A DNA stretch of 61,667 bases from Candidatus Sabulitectum sp. Lineage in GTDB: Bacteria > Fermentibacterota > Fermentibacteria > Fermentibacterales > JCC-6. Every line of letters begins with the position of its first letter. The stretch's first letter is position 1. Shown in pieces: positions 27,289 through 36,497 of this stretch. Made by a program: the position numbers and the translations under genes. The DNA lies in the NCBI GenBank assembly GCA_036743055.1, contig DAINQE010000008.1:5058-66724 (forward strand), written 5' to 3'. The notes under the pieces are model-generated. The model was given only the letters and a program-made list of their open reading frames with translations, was not told where the DNA came from and made no database searches.

Positions 27289-27800
27289 CAGGCCTTCTTC
27301 TTGTCCCTGTTCTTCCCCCTGGACATTACCTTCTTGTTGATGAGACGCCTGGCGGATTCCAGCTTGACCCCGCGCACCAGTGAAAGCTCACCGGCGAAAA
27401 CGGTTATCGCCTCGTTGAGGACCCTCTTCTCCGACGGATTCATCTTCGAGAAGGAGGACCTTCCCAGAACGTCCCTGATGGCGGTTGCTATGGTGACCGG
27501 ATCACCTGAATTCACCCGCTCCTTGAGAACATCTATCCTTCTTCGCCAGTCCTTGGGAAGCTCTTTCCCTTCCTGGGAAAGGATGTCCATGGCCTCGTCG
27601 ATATCGCCGTCGGATGAGACCCTTCTCAGCCCCGATTCCTCCACCGCGTCGGCTGGAAGGAGTATTCCCGCGCGCCCCCCGGAAAGGGAGATCACCACGC
27701 ACTCCACCATTTCTCCTGAAATGTCCTTCATGCATATGTCCGATATCACGCCGGCCCCGTGATAAGGGTGTACGACCTTGTCATTGATACGGTATTTCAC
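27288..27800 (-). CDS. carD: CarD/CdnL family transcriptional regulator
   Basis: MKYRINDKVVHPYHGAGVISDI... is the RNAP-interacting Tudor-like N-domain of the CarD family. GTG start after a GGGGGA RBS. Confidence 0.9.
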   Translation of the reverse strand: MKYRINDKVVHPYHGAGVISDICMKDISGEMVECVVISLSGGRAGILLPADAVEESGLRRVSSDGDIDEAMDILSQEGKELPKDWRRRIDVLKERVNSGDPVTIATAIRDVLGRSSFSKMNPSEKRVLNEAITVFAGELSLVRGVKLESARRLINKKVMSRGKNRDKKKA

Positions 27801-27828
27801 TGCGTCCCCCTGCTGGAAATGGTTGGCT

Positions 27829-27857
27829 AATATAGGGTTTTAATACCGATTTGTCAA
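27829..27857 (-). promoter_or_regulatory. Sigma70-type promoter for carD: TTGACA-17 nt-TATATT
   Basis: Minus strand reads TTGACA AATCGGTATTAAAACCC TATATT, ending about 28 nt upstream of the carD GTG. Confidence 0.55.
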
Positions 27858-29503
27858 ATGTCCGAGCCGCTGCCGATGAGAAGATGGAGGTGGGGAACGG
27901 GAACATCCGACATGCTTCGCGTTCCCTGCAGGGGGAGGGCCTGCACGTACTGTCTTACAAGCTGCTCCAGGGCCCGGGCTTCAGCGGCATTCCCGTGGCG
28001 GAGGAACAGTGTTTCATCCAGGGCCGCCGGTATGCCAATCTCCCGATTGAAGCCGTCGGCGTCGCGGACGTCCACCACCCTGATGAGATACGAAACGCCT
28101 TCGATGACACATGACCTGCCGTCGAGTATCCGGCCGGCATAGGTTGCGGCGCCAAGCCCGTCGAGGGCGTACTGGATACCGTGGTTGACCACATCGATGT
28201 AAAGAGTGTCTCCGGGAGGCTCCGCAGGAAGGGGAAGGAAATGGGCGTTCACCCCTGCGTATCTCAGGTCGGTTCCCAGCAATATCGTAAGGTCGACTGG
28301 CTTCACCATGAAGGATGTGTCCTCACCTGCTGTCAGCAGGGCCTGATCCCAGAGGGCCTGGTAGCCCGGCCCGCCTGCGGGGCTCGACCTGCGCACGGTG
28401 ATCAGAGAGGAGGTCCTTCGGGAGGTTCCGGTCTGGGTATAGACCAGTGAGTAGTCCCTGAATGGACCGGACCTGAGCAGGTTCTCCCTGTCCGGAACGC
28501 CTGAGCAGTTCGTAATCCATACCCTGGCTGTATCCTGGAGGAGCAGACCGGTCTCCATGGGAGGGGAAGGAGGAGGTTCAGGGAGAGTGTCCTCCACCCA
28601 GGGTGACACTGTTTCCAGAGTATCCGGATCGGGTACTGCCTCAGGCTCGGTCTCCGGCGGGGCGGAATACCTGAAGACCAGGTATGCGGCCAGGAGAAGA
28701 AGCGGCAACCAGAAATACCACCGGCTGTACCATGGAGTTTTGACCCTGGAGGTTTCCTTCTTCCTGAGGAAGCTCTCCGAGTGGGACAGAGGAGCGGGTT
28801 CCGCGGGTTTGCTCTCAGGAACTGCGAGACTCTCAAGCAGTTCTCCGGCCTTCCTCAGGCTTCCGGGGCGATTCACCGGGTCGGCAGAGGCCATACTCTG
28901 AATCGCCGACTGGTACGCCGGGGGAAGCATCTTCCATTTTCCCACCTGCTTCTCCCTGTCGTCGGTGCCGGCGATAAGCCTGAAAAGGAATGATCCCAGG
29001 GCGGAAACGTCGCTTCTGGGATCGGATGGTCTTGATTTGCCCACCTCGGGAGGAGTGAAGGGGGTAATGGGCACGCCCCTCCTTCCAGCAAGGAGCAGCA
29101 GTGTCTCCCCCTGGAGAAGAAACATCTCCGGGCCCAGGTATCCGCAGATCATGCCCGCGGCCTGAAGGTCCGTTACTATCCTGAGGGCCTTCAGGGTAAG
29201 GTCCAGTGCCATGGGATTGGTCATGCCTCCGGTAACCGTCAGTTTCTCGCAGAGGAACCGGCCGGCACCTCCCTGGAAAAGAAGGAGCTTCCTGCCACCG
29301 GGGAGATCCCTGGCGGATGCAGGTGTAAGAAGCCCCCTTACCGAGGGCCACCTGTGCTGAAATATGCCCTGGGAGCTTGAGATCTCCGCGATCATTTCCT
29401 GCCCCTGATAAAGCACCCGGGACAGAGAATAATCCCCTGAAGAGTAAATCTCCTCCTTCAGGAGCAGGCCGCAGCTTCCCAGGAGGTCAGTATCCGCTGG
29501 CAT
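27854..29503 (-). CDS. Membrane-anchored protein with degenerate protein-kinase-like N-terminal domain (putative pseudokinase)
   Basis: 549 aa. ...ICGYLGPEMFLL...PPEVGKSRPSDPRSDVSALGSFLFRLIAGT resembles Hanks kinase subdomains VIb-IX but lacks the HRD Asp and the DFG motif. One TM helix (WYFWLPLLLLAAYLVF); extracytoplasmic C-terminal domain of unknown type. Confidence 0.55.
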   Translation of the reverse strand: MPADTDLLGSCGLLLKEEIYSSGDYSLSRVLYQGQEMIAEISSSQGIFQHRWPSVRGLLTPASARDLPGGRKLLLFQGGAGRFLCEKLTVTGGMTNPMALDLTLKALRIVTDLQAAGMICGYLGPEMFLLQGETLLLLAGRRGVPITPFTPPEVGKSRPSDPRSDVSALGSFLFRLIAGTDDREKQVGKWKMLPPAYQSAIQSMASADPVNRPGSLRKAGELLESLAVPESKPAEPAPLSHSESFLRKKETSRVKTPWYSRWYFWLPLLLLAAYLVFRYSAPPETEPEAVPDPDTLETVSPWVEDTLPEPPPSPPMETGLLLQDTARVWITNCSGVPDRENLLRSGPFRDYSLVYTQTGTSRRTSSLITVRRSSPAGGPGYQALWDQALLTAGEDTSFMVKPVDLTILLGTDLRYAGVNAHFLPLPAEPPGDTLYIDVVNHGIQYALDGLGAATYAGRILDGRSCVIEGVSYLIRVVDVRDADGFNREIGIPAALDETLFLRHGNAAEARALEQLVRQYVQALPLQGTRSMSDVPVPHLHLLIGSGSDI

Positions 29504-30962
29504 CTGAGGAGTAGTTGGGAGCTTCCTTGGTTACCGTTACGTCGTGGGCGTGGCTCTCCCTCAGCCCCGCGGAGGTGATCCGTACGAATCTCGCCTTCTG
29601 GAACAGCTCACCTATCGTAGCGGCACCCACATAGCCCATTCCGGATCGAAGACCCCCTGTGAGCTGAACGAGGTAGTCACTGGCGGGACCCTTGAAGGCC
29701 ACCATGCCTTCGATCCCTTCGGGAACAAGCTTCTTCTCCACGGTTGAATCCTGGAAATACCTGTCGGCGCTTCCCCGGCGCATGGCGCCCATGGATCCCA
29801 TTCCCCTGTAGGTCTTGAACTTCCTGCCCTTGTAAATAATGGCCTCTCCGGGGCTCTCGGAGGTTCCCGCGAAAAGGCTGCCTATCATAACCGCTGAGGC
29901 ACCCGCCGCAAGGGCTTTTACAATGTCGCCGGAGTACTTGATTCCTCCATCGGCTATCACCGCGCCGCCCTGCTTCGCAGCGGCTTCGGCGCAGTCGTAG
30001 ACCGCAGTGAGCTGCGGGCAGCCAACCCCGGCGACGATCCTGGTGGTGCAGATGGAGCCCGGACCCACGCCAACCTTCACGGTGTCGGCTCCCAGCTTCA
30101 TGAGTTCCTCTGTGGCTTCAGGGGTTACCACGTTTCCCGCCACGATGGCGATATCGGGATAGAGGGCCCTGACCCGGGAGGTGGTCTCCAGCACGCTCAC
30201 GCTCTGGCCGTGGGCGGTGTCTATGAAGATGCAGTCAACACCGGCTTCAACCAGTGCAGCCGCCCTCTCGAGGGCAGCTTCGCCCACGCTGATCGCCGCC
30301 GCCGCCCTGAGCCTTCCCCTGGAATCCTTGCACGCTTCCGGGAAATCCATGGCCTTCTGGGCATCCTTAAGGGTAACGAGACCGGCCAGGCTGCCCTGTT
30401 CGTTCACCAGGGGAAGCTTCTCCAGCCTGTGCTTCCGAAGGAGGACCAGGGCATCCTCGAGACCTGTTCCCACAGGAGCGGTTACCAGTTTCTCGATGGG
30501 TGTCATAAGCCTGGCCACTGGGACGGAGCCGTCGGTCTCGAAGTGATAGTCCCTGTGGGTGAGAATTCCCGCAAGACGGTGGTTCTCCAGAACCGGGAAG
30601 CCTGAGACTCCTGTCCTGGAGGCCAGATCCAGAGCGTCAGATACAGTGGCGCTGAGATCCAGGGTAATGGGATCCATGATAACGCCGCTTTCCGCTCTCT
30701 TCACCGTTCTTACCTGTCGGGCCTGCTCCTCCACCGAAAGGTTCTTGTGTATAACGCCGAGCCCCCCCTGCTGGGCCAGGGCGATGGCCATTCCGGCTTC
30801 AGTCACCGTATCCATGGCGGCACTGAGGATGGGTATGCTGAGTATGATATCCCGGCAGAGCCTTGTGTGCAGACTGACCCGGGACGGGTGGACATTGGAT
30901 CTTCCGGGAAGGATCAGCACGTCGTCGAATGTGAGTGCTTCCTGTGCTTCTCTTGGATTCAT
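29487..30962 (-). CDS. guaB: IMP dehydrogenase
   Basis: [13 protein letters not shown] pair insert, catalytic loop [44 protein letters not shown]. Confidence 0.97.
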   Translation of the reverse strand: MNPREAQEALTFDDVLILPGRSNVHPSRVSLHTRLCRDIILSIPILSAAMDTVTEAGMAIALAQQGGLGVIHKNLSVEEQARQVRTVKRAESGVIMDPITLDLSATVSDALDLASRTGVSGFPVLENHRLAGILTHRDYHFETDGSVPVARLMTPIEKLVTAPVGTGLEDALVLLRKHRLEKLPLVNEQGSLAGLVTLKDAQKAMDFPEACKDSRGRLRAAAAISVGEAALERAAALVEAGVDCIFIDTAHGQSVSVLETTSRVRALYPDIAIVAGNVVTPEATEELMKLGADTVKVGVGPGSICTTRIVAGVGCPQLTAVYDCAEAAAKQGGAVIADGGIKYSGDIVKALAAGASAVMIGSLFAGTSESPGEAIIYKGRKFKTYRGMGSMGAMRRGSADRYFQDSTVEKKLVPEGIEGMVAFKGPASDYLVQLTGGLRSGMGYVGAATIGELFQKARFVRITSAGLRESHAHDVTVTKEAPNYSSDASGY

Positions 30963-30983
30963 GTTCCCTCCTGAAAGAGAGCC

Positions 30984-31337
30984 TCAGTCGGCCCAGTAAA
31001 TGATTCTTCCGCAGGTGGGGCAGGTATGCACCCTGGAGTTGCGCTCAGGATCGGAGCAAACGGCGGTGGGAAGCCGTGTGAGGCAGCCAGTGCACCTTCC
31101 CATGAGTGCAGGTACCACCGCGTTCCCGTAATGCCTGGTAAGCTGGGAGTAAAGACCCCTCCATTTCCTGCTTATGCTCTTGCAGTAGGCTTCACGAAGT
31201 TCTGTGAGCTCCTCCAGGGCCCCCTCGGTCTTGAGACCCATGTCGGCCTCTTTGTCGCGGATTTCCTTTCTGTTCAGATCGGCTATCATTACGTCCAGAT
31301 CGTGAAGACTGATTAGCTTCTCCAGCTGCTTGTCCAT
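30984..31337 (-). CDS. Zinc-ribbon protein with N-terminal coiled coil
   Basis: MDKQLEKLISLHDLDVMIADL...CTGCLTRLPTAV...HTCPTCGRIIYW (two CxxC pairs). AGGAGG RBS; the ATG overlaps the upstream TAA (TAATG). The 257-aa track ORF was trimmed. Confidence 0.7.
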   Translation of the reverse strand: MDKQLEKLISLHDLDVMIADLNRKEIRDKEADMGLKTEGALEELTELREAYCKSISRKWRGLYSQLTRHYGNAVVPALMGRCTGCLTRLPTAVCSDPERNSRVHTCPTCGRIIYWAD

Positions 31338-31774
31338 TAATCCTCCTGCTTCGCCGGCTGGAAGTCGAGAAGCTCGAAGAGCCTCTCGGCGGAGCCGGCG
31401 GAGGCAAACTCGTCTCCGTGCTCCTTTATCCGCCCGGCAATGTGGCTCAGAAAGGCCGCGTGCTCCTCCGGACCGTTCGGCTTCACCGGAGATATGAAAA
31501 GAATGACTGTGTGAACCTTCTCCTCGGGCCATCCGATACCATCGGCGGACCTGCCGACGGCAATGGACAGCTGATCCACAAGAATGCTCCTGCAGTGGGG
31601 AAGGGCGATGCCCCGGTGAACCACCGTGGCCCCTACCTGCTCCCTCACCTCCAGCGCTCCGGCAAGGAGATGCCGGGTCTTCTCCCCGAAGGGGAAAAGC
31701 TGGAGAAGCTCCGAAACGGCTTCGTCCCTGCCGTCGGATCCAAGATCGAATTTGCACAGTGCGGTGTATTTCAA
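31337..31774 (-). CDS. ptsN: PTS EIIA(Ntr)-like regulatory protein (PTS_EIIA_2 domain)
   Basis: ...VHRGIALPHCR... active-site His context and overall EIIA-2 pattern. Start placed at the TTG at 31774, which has an AGGGAGAG RBS. The track start at 31846 (also TTG, no RBS) would leave no intergenic space with the divergent gene. Confidence 0.75.
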   Translation of the reverse strand: MKYTALCKFDLGSDGRDEAVSELLQLFPFGEKTRHLLAGALEVREQVGATVVHRGIALPHCRSILVDQLSIAVGRSADGIGWPEEKVHTVILFISPVKPNGPEEHAAFLSHIAGRIKEHGDEFASAGSAERLFELLDFQPAKQED

Positions 31775-31851
31775 AATTCTCTCCCTTGCCTTTTCAGCGT
31801 CTAATATAGAATACTGCCCATGTCCTGCAAGTTTTGAACCGAACAACCCGA

Positions 31852-34341
31852 ATGAGTAATATGCTAAGTAAAGAAGAATTCAACACGTATCTTGGAAAAG
31901 AGACCTGCTGGGCGATAAGGGGCGAGAACGGCGACCTGCTCGCCGTGTCCCCAGGTATGGAGTCGCTGGCCGAATCCATCTCCATGAAGGTTCCCACGAT
32001 GCTTGCACTCCTGGAGGAATCCAGCGAGGGTTTCTGGCCGCTGCGGCTGGGCGGTGGACTCTTCACCATGCTCTCCGCCGGGATGGGGGAAGGTGTGAAG
32101 CTTCTCTCACTCAGACCATCCAGCCCTGAAGAGGTACGCGACCTGCTCCAGAACGTTACTGCTGAAGAGCTTTTCGCCCTCTGTTCCTCCGATGGAAGGA
32201 TGATCACCGTTTCATCCAGGTTCAGCAGGCTGTTCGGCGAAACGGGCAGTCTGACGGAGGCGTTCGATTCTTCGTCATCCGGGGCAATAGTCTCCGCCCT
32301 GAGGAAATGCCTGCTGGAGGGCAGCGTACAGGAGTTCCTGGTCAGCTGCTCCTCGGGGGGCGACGACGGCTCCAACTACGGTCTCTCCATGAGAAGGCTT
32401 CCATCTCCAGGGAAACTCCTCTTCTGCAGGCTTCACGTAACTTCTGTTGCGGTGGTTACAGGAAGCATGGACCGGAACAGCATGATCAGAACCCTCCTGG
32501 AGGAGAGCTTCTGCCCCAATGTGACAATAGACGCCGAGGGGGTGATTACCTCCATGAATCACGTTGCCAGGGAGATATCCATGGGGAAATGGGGCAGCGA
32601 CCCAACCGGCAGGGTATTCTTCGAGCTTGTCCACCCGGATCAGAGGGAGGAGGTGAGGAGCCGCCACGAACAGAGGAGGAAGGGATACGCAGTCCCCTCA
32701 CGTTATTCCATTCATCTGACATCGGCGGAAGCTTCAATGCCGGACTCTGTGGAAGTCTCCGTGGTGTCGCTCTTCGGGCTGGATCGCTGGGTGATCTTCA
32801 TGCGGCCTTTGCCGTACCCGTCAGAGGATGGAGCGCATTCCCCGAAGCCGGCTTATGGACATTCCTCCCCAGGCGAAGGCATATCCCCTGAGGAGGCCCT
32901 TTCCGAACTGGTAAGGTCCACAGGCGCAACATCGGCGGCTTATGTGAACGAAAGCGAAGTACTCACCGCCGGCGACTCAGCCTCCCTGATAAGTGTCATT
33001 GACCGCGGGAAACTGGCAACTTCCCAGGGAGGGACCCTCTCGAAGGGAGTTCACCATCAGAGGATCAGGACACCCTTCGGTACATCGCACCTGCTGCTGG
33101 AGACCAGAGGGGAAGAAAAGCCCGGCGGATCATTCATGGAAGCTCTGGAATACACCTCCAGGATACTGGAGAGACACCATATCGAAACCGTTCTGGAGCA
33201 GGAGAGGAAGCTGCTCTCCCTCACCAGGGAGATGGGTCTTGCCTATCTGGGCAGGAAAGAATCCCTGGACGGGCTGTTAAGCGACTTCGCAAGGACAACG
33301 GGCATGGAGACCGTAGTGGTTTACAGAATAGGAAGAACAGGAAGCTTTCTTGGAGGGGTGGCCGGGGCCGGTGTGGTGGGAACCATACCCGACCTCCCCC
33401 TGGATGAGCTCAACACGGCTTCATGGGCATGTCTCCGGGGAGAAACCGCTCTGTATACCGGTGCCCCCGGGAACGACCTGAGGTTCACTCCAGTGTTCCA
33501 CGAATCCCAGTCGGAGATAGCGGTCCCCTTCTTCAGGGGGACCACCCCCGACGGAGTGGTTCTCCTGGCTTCCTCCGAGAAGGATCACTTCTCCCGTGCC
33601 GCAGGGGATTTCATACAGCTTCTCGCCCTTCTTTTCTCCTCCAGGGAGGAGCTGGGAGAGGGTGATGATCCCGGTCTCCACGAGGAGTCCTCGGCGCTCA
33701 GGGATGCCGCCCTGGAAAACCTCATACAGGACATGTCAGGGCTGCATTCGGCCTTTTCCGCAAGAGCGGAACTCCTGCGGAAGGACCTGGAGGAAAGAAC
33801 AGGAGATCCCCTCGGGTCCCTGTCAGCCCTGGCGGATGCCGCCGGATCCCTGGAGTTCACAACCAGATGGGCACTCTGGTTCCTGAGGACCTCGCTGTTC
33901 CAGGGAAAACCCAGACAAAGATGGATCGACCCTTCACCGCTGCTGGAGAGAACCCTTGCCGAAGCAGGCAGACTCAGGTCCTCCGGGAGCTTGGAAATGG
34001 TGTTCGAACCTCCGGCCAGCGACCTTGAGGTTTGCACCGACGGGTCCTTCATTGGCATGATAGCACATTCCCTGATAGCCTGCGTCGTGGGGAACGCCCC
34101 CGAATGCAGCAGGATCACCCTGGCCATTCAGTCCAGGGGTGACCACTGGTCCTTCAGCATCGACGCCGAAGGCGACAGCGTTCCAGGCGAGTGTCTCTCG
34201 GTCCAGGGTCTTCCCGACCAGAGGAACATGGCCTTCCTTCTTGCCTGGAAGCTGACCGAAGAGCTTGGGGGAACGGTTAGCACCTTTTCCAACAGGGGAA
34301 GGTCCACGAAAATAGCGGTAAGGCTCAGAAAGAGCGGATAG
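31852..34341 (+). CDS. Cytoplasmic PAS/GAF sensor with divergent histidine-kinase-like C-terminus
   Basis: PAS-like core (VITSMNHVAREISMGKWG...FELVHPDQREEV), GAF-like segment (...EIAVPFFRGTTPDGVVLLAS), and C-terminal HATPase-like region (...LTEELGGTVSTFSNRGRSTKIAVRL). The H-box is not canonical (MSGLHSAFSARAEL). The start is uncertain (31834, 31852 or 31861). Confidence 0.7.
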   Translation: MSNMLSKEEFNTYLGKETCWAIRGENGDLLAVSPGMESLAESISMKVPTMLALLEESSEGFWPLRLGGGLFTMLSAGMGEGVKLLSLRPSSPEEVRDLLQNVTAEELFALCSSDGRMITVSSRFSRLFGETGSLTEAFDSSSSGAIVSALRKCLLEGSVQEFLVSCSSGGDDGSNYGLSMRRLPSPGKLLFCRLHVTSVAVVTGSMDRNSMIRTLLEESFCPNVTIDAEGVITSMNHVAREISMGKWGSDPTGRVFFELVHPDQREEVRSRHEQRRKGYAVPSRYSIHLTSAEASMPDSVEVSVVSLFGLDRWVIFMRPLPYPSEDGAHSPKPAYGHSSPGEGISPEEALSELVRSTGATSAAYVNESEVLTAGDSASLISVIDRGKLATSQGGTLSKGVHHQRIRTPFGTSHLLLETRGEEKPGGSFMEALEYTSRILERHHIETVLEQERKLLSLTREMGLAYLGRKESLDGLLSDFARTTGMETVVVYRIGRTGSFLGGVAGAGVVGTIPDLPLDELNTASWACLRGETALYTGAPGNDLRFTPVFHESQSEIAVPFFRGTTPDGVVLLASSEKDHFSRAAGDFIQLLALLFSSREELGEGDDPGLHEESSALRDAALENLIQDMSGLHSAFSARAELLRKDLEERTGDPLGSLSALADAAGSLEFTTRWALWFLRTSLFQGKPRQRWIDPSPLLERTLAEAGRLRSSGSLEMVFEPPASDLEVCTDGSFIGMIAHSLIACVVGNAPECSRITLAIQSRGDHWSFSIDAEGDSVPGECLSVQGLPDQRNMAFLLAWKLTEELGGTVSTFSNRGRSTKIAVRLRKSG

Positions 34342-34355
34342 CATCCGGAGGTTTC

Positions 34356-35381
34356 ATGCTCACCAGATCGGACTTGATGTACACCCTTCCAGAGGAACTG
34401 ATAGCCCAGCACCCCCCGGGCGAGAGGGGCGCCAGCAGGCTCATGGTCCTGAACCGGGGGGAGCGCACCATCCGGCACAGGAACTTCGCCGACCTGCCGG
34501 AGTATCTGGAACGCGGTGACGCAATCGTTCTCAACGATACAAGGGTGATCAACGCCAGGCTCAAAGGTCACCGCGAACCCACCGGCGGCGCAGTGGAACT
34601 GCTTCTTCTGCATGAACTAGGGCCGGATTCCTGGAGGGTCATGATCAGACCGGGACGAAGATGCAGGACCGGGAATGTCTTTTCCTTCGCCCACGGACTT
34701 ACCGCTGTGGTAACCGAAGAGCACGGCATGGGAAGGGCTGATGTGAAGTTCGAGTCCGCCGGGAACACACAGGAACTGGTAAGGTCCGCGGGGACCATAC
34801 CCATCCCACCCTATATCAGAAGGGAATCCACCAAGGCGGATGACCAGCGGTATCAGACCGTATACGCAACGAACGACGGGGCGGTGGCCGCCCCCACAGC
34901 AGGGCTGCACTTCACCGGGGAGAGCCTGGCCGAGCTGGAAAGGAAAGGGCTCAGTGTGGAATACCTTACCCTCCATGTGGGGCCCGGCACCTTCCAGCCT
35001 CTCAGGGAGGAGGTCCTCTCGGAGAACACCCTGGAGGAGGAAAGGTACTTCGTCCCGGCAAAAGTGCTGGAGACACTCCGAAGGACCCGTTCGTCCGGAG
35101 GGCGCATCACCGCCGTGGGAACCACCGTTACCAGAACCCTGGAATCGGTGGACATCGACTCCCGGGAGGATCAGTCCGGCACCACCGGCATTTTCATCCA
35201 CCCGCCGTACTCCTTCAGGAACGTGGACATCCTGCTCACCAACTTCCATCTTCCGGGAAGTTCGCTTATATCCCTGGTGGGCAGCTTTGCAGGCCTCGAC
35301 TTCATAATGGAGGCCTACCGTACAGCCGTTGAGAACCGCTACAGATTCTACAGCTATGGCGATGCCATGCTTATTCTATGA
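34356..35381 (+). CDS. queA: S-adenosylmethionine:tRNA ribosyltransferase-isomerase
   Basis: YTLPEELIAQHPPGERGASRLMVL..., IPIPPYIRR, AAPTAGLHFT, VGTTVTRTLES, LLTNFHLPGSSL. Confidence 0.95.
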   Translation: MLTRSDLMYTLPEELIAQHPPGERGASRLMVLNRGERTIRHRNFADLPEYLERGDAIVLNDTRVINARLKGHREPTGGAVELLLLHELGPDSWRVMIRPGRRCRTGNVFSFAHGLTAVVTEEHGMGRADVKFESAGNTQELVRSAGTIPIPPYIRRESTKADDQRYQTVYATNDGAVAAPTAGLHFTGESLAELERKGLSVEYLTLHVGPGTFQPLREEVLSENTLEEERYFVPAKVLETLRRTRSSGGRITAVGTTVTRTLESVDIDSREDQSGTTGIFIHPPYSFRNVDILLTNFHLPGSSLISLVGSFAGLDFIMEAYRTAVENRYRFYSYGDAMLIL

Positions 35382-35390
35382 GGAGTTGAC

Positions 35391-36497
35391 GTGCCCTACA
35401 CTTCGCAGAAACCAGCTTCCGCATCGAAGGTTCTGGCGCTGGCGATCAGGGAAACCGTGTTCGTTCTGGGCTGGGCCCTTCTGGGCGGAGCGGTTCTTCT
35501 TCCCTTCACCGCTTACTGGTACGCCGGTATCATCCCCGGGGCGGTCCTCTCGGCATACGCCCTTGCCAGGATGGAGGCCGTGGGCAGGACAGGCCCCCTG
35601 ACGGCGCTTGAAATGAGGCAATACTCCGCCAGGGGCAGGAGAAGGGTCCCTCTCTGGAGAACCTTCGTCAGGATCCTTCTTACCGCGCTCACCGCTCCGC
35701 CACTGGCTGTGGGGTACCTTCCAATGGCGTTCAAGGCCAGGCCGCTCCCTGAACTGGCATCCAGGACCAGGCTGACCTCACTCGACAGGAGGCTCGATCC
35801 ACGGCCGAGAATGGAGATCGAGGCCTCGGTGAAAGCCGCGCGTCAGCGGTTCAGACTTCTGGCAGCAGCCCCCCTGGTGGCATCCGCAGCCATGTTCGTG
35901 CTTAACGCCAGGGCCCCGGAGGTCATCATGGTGCAGGGAGGCGGGAACGGGGACGAACTCCCTGAACAGGAAAGGGAACTGCTTATACAGTACCTGGAGC
36001 TCACCAACCTCCATCCCCAGGAACTGGAGTACCATGTCAGACTGGCGAGCCTCTACTACCGCAACGGCATGGAAAGGGACCTTGCGGAGGAACTGGAGAT
36101 AATAGCCGCCATCGACCCTGAGCATGCAATCCTCATACTGGCGGACACCACAGGGTTCCACTTCGGGATGATAACCCCGGAGGAGCCGGATACCCTTTCC
36201 CCTGACCTGACCGTTCCTGAACTGACATCGGTTGCGCCGGCGGAGCAGGACTCCGTTCCGGCTGACACCATGGTAACCGATTCCATCGATATCCCCCAGG
36301 ACACACTGAATGTAACTCTGGAAGGTTCGCCTTCCCCTCCGGACACCTCCGCCGCAGACGAAAGTCCCCTTGAGGAAACCCCGCCGGAGACCCTGGAGAC
36401 CGTAACCGATCAACTTGAGATCGAGATCGAGAACGAAACCGCCGAACAGGAGGAACCCGCCCTTGAGCCGGACACCCTGGTTCCAGCTGAAGGCTGA
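35391..36497 (+). CDS. Membrane protein with TPR-like segment and highly acidic Pro/Glu/Thr-rich tail
   Basis: 368 aa; GTG start after a GAGGAG RBS. Several N-terminal TM helices, then ...LASLYYRNGMERDLAEELEIIAAIDPEHA, then a low-complexity acidic C-terminus. No family recognised. Confidence 0.55.
   Translation: MPYTSQKPASASKVLALAIRETVFVLGWALLGGAVLLPFTAYWYAGIIPGAVLSAYALARMEAVGRTGPLTALEMRQYSARGRRRVPLWRTFVRILLTALTAPPLAVGYLPMAFKARPLPELASRTRLTSLDRRLDPRPRMEIEASVKAARQRFRLLAAAPLVASAAMFVLNARAPEVIMVQGGGNGDELPEQERELLIQYLELTNLHPQELEYHVRLASLYYRNGMERDLAEELEIIAAIDPEHAILILADTTGFHFGMITPEEPDTLSPDLTVPELTSVAPAEQDSVPADTMVTDSIDIPQDTLNVTLEGSPSPPDTSAADESPLEETPPETLETVTDQLEIEIENETAEQEEPALEPDTLVPAEG

Noticed and set aside
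31338-31757. N-terminal 140 residues of the 257-aa ORF 30984-31757
   Set aside because: It overlaps the PtsN-like gene in another frame and is R/G-rich. An internal ATG at 31337 has an AGGAGG RBS and a TAATG coupling junction.
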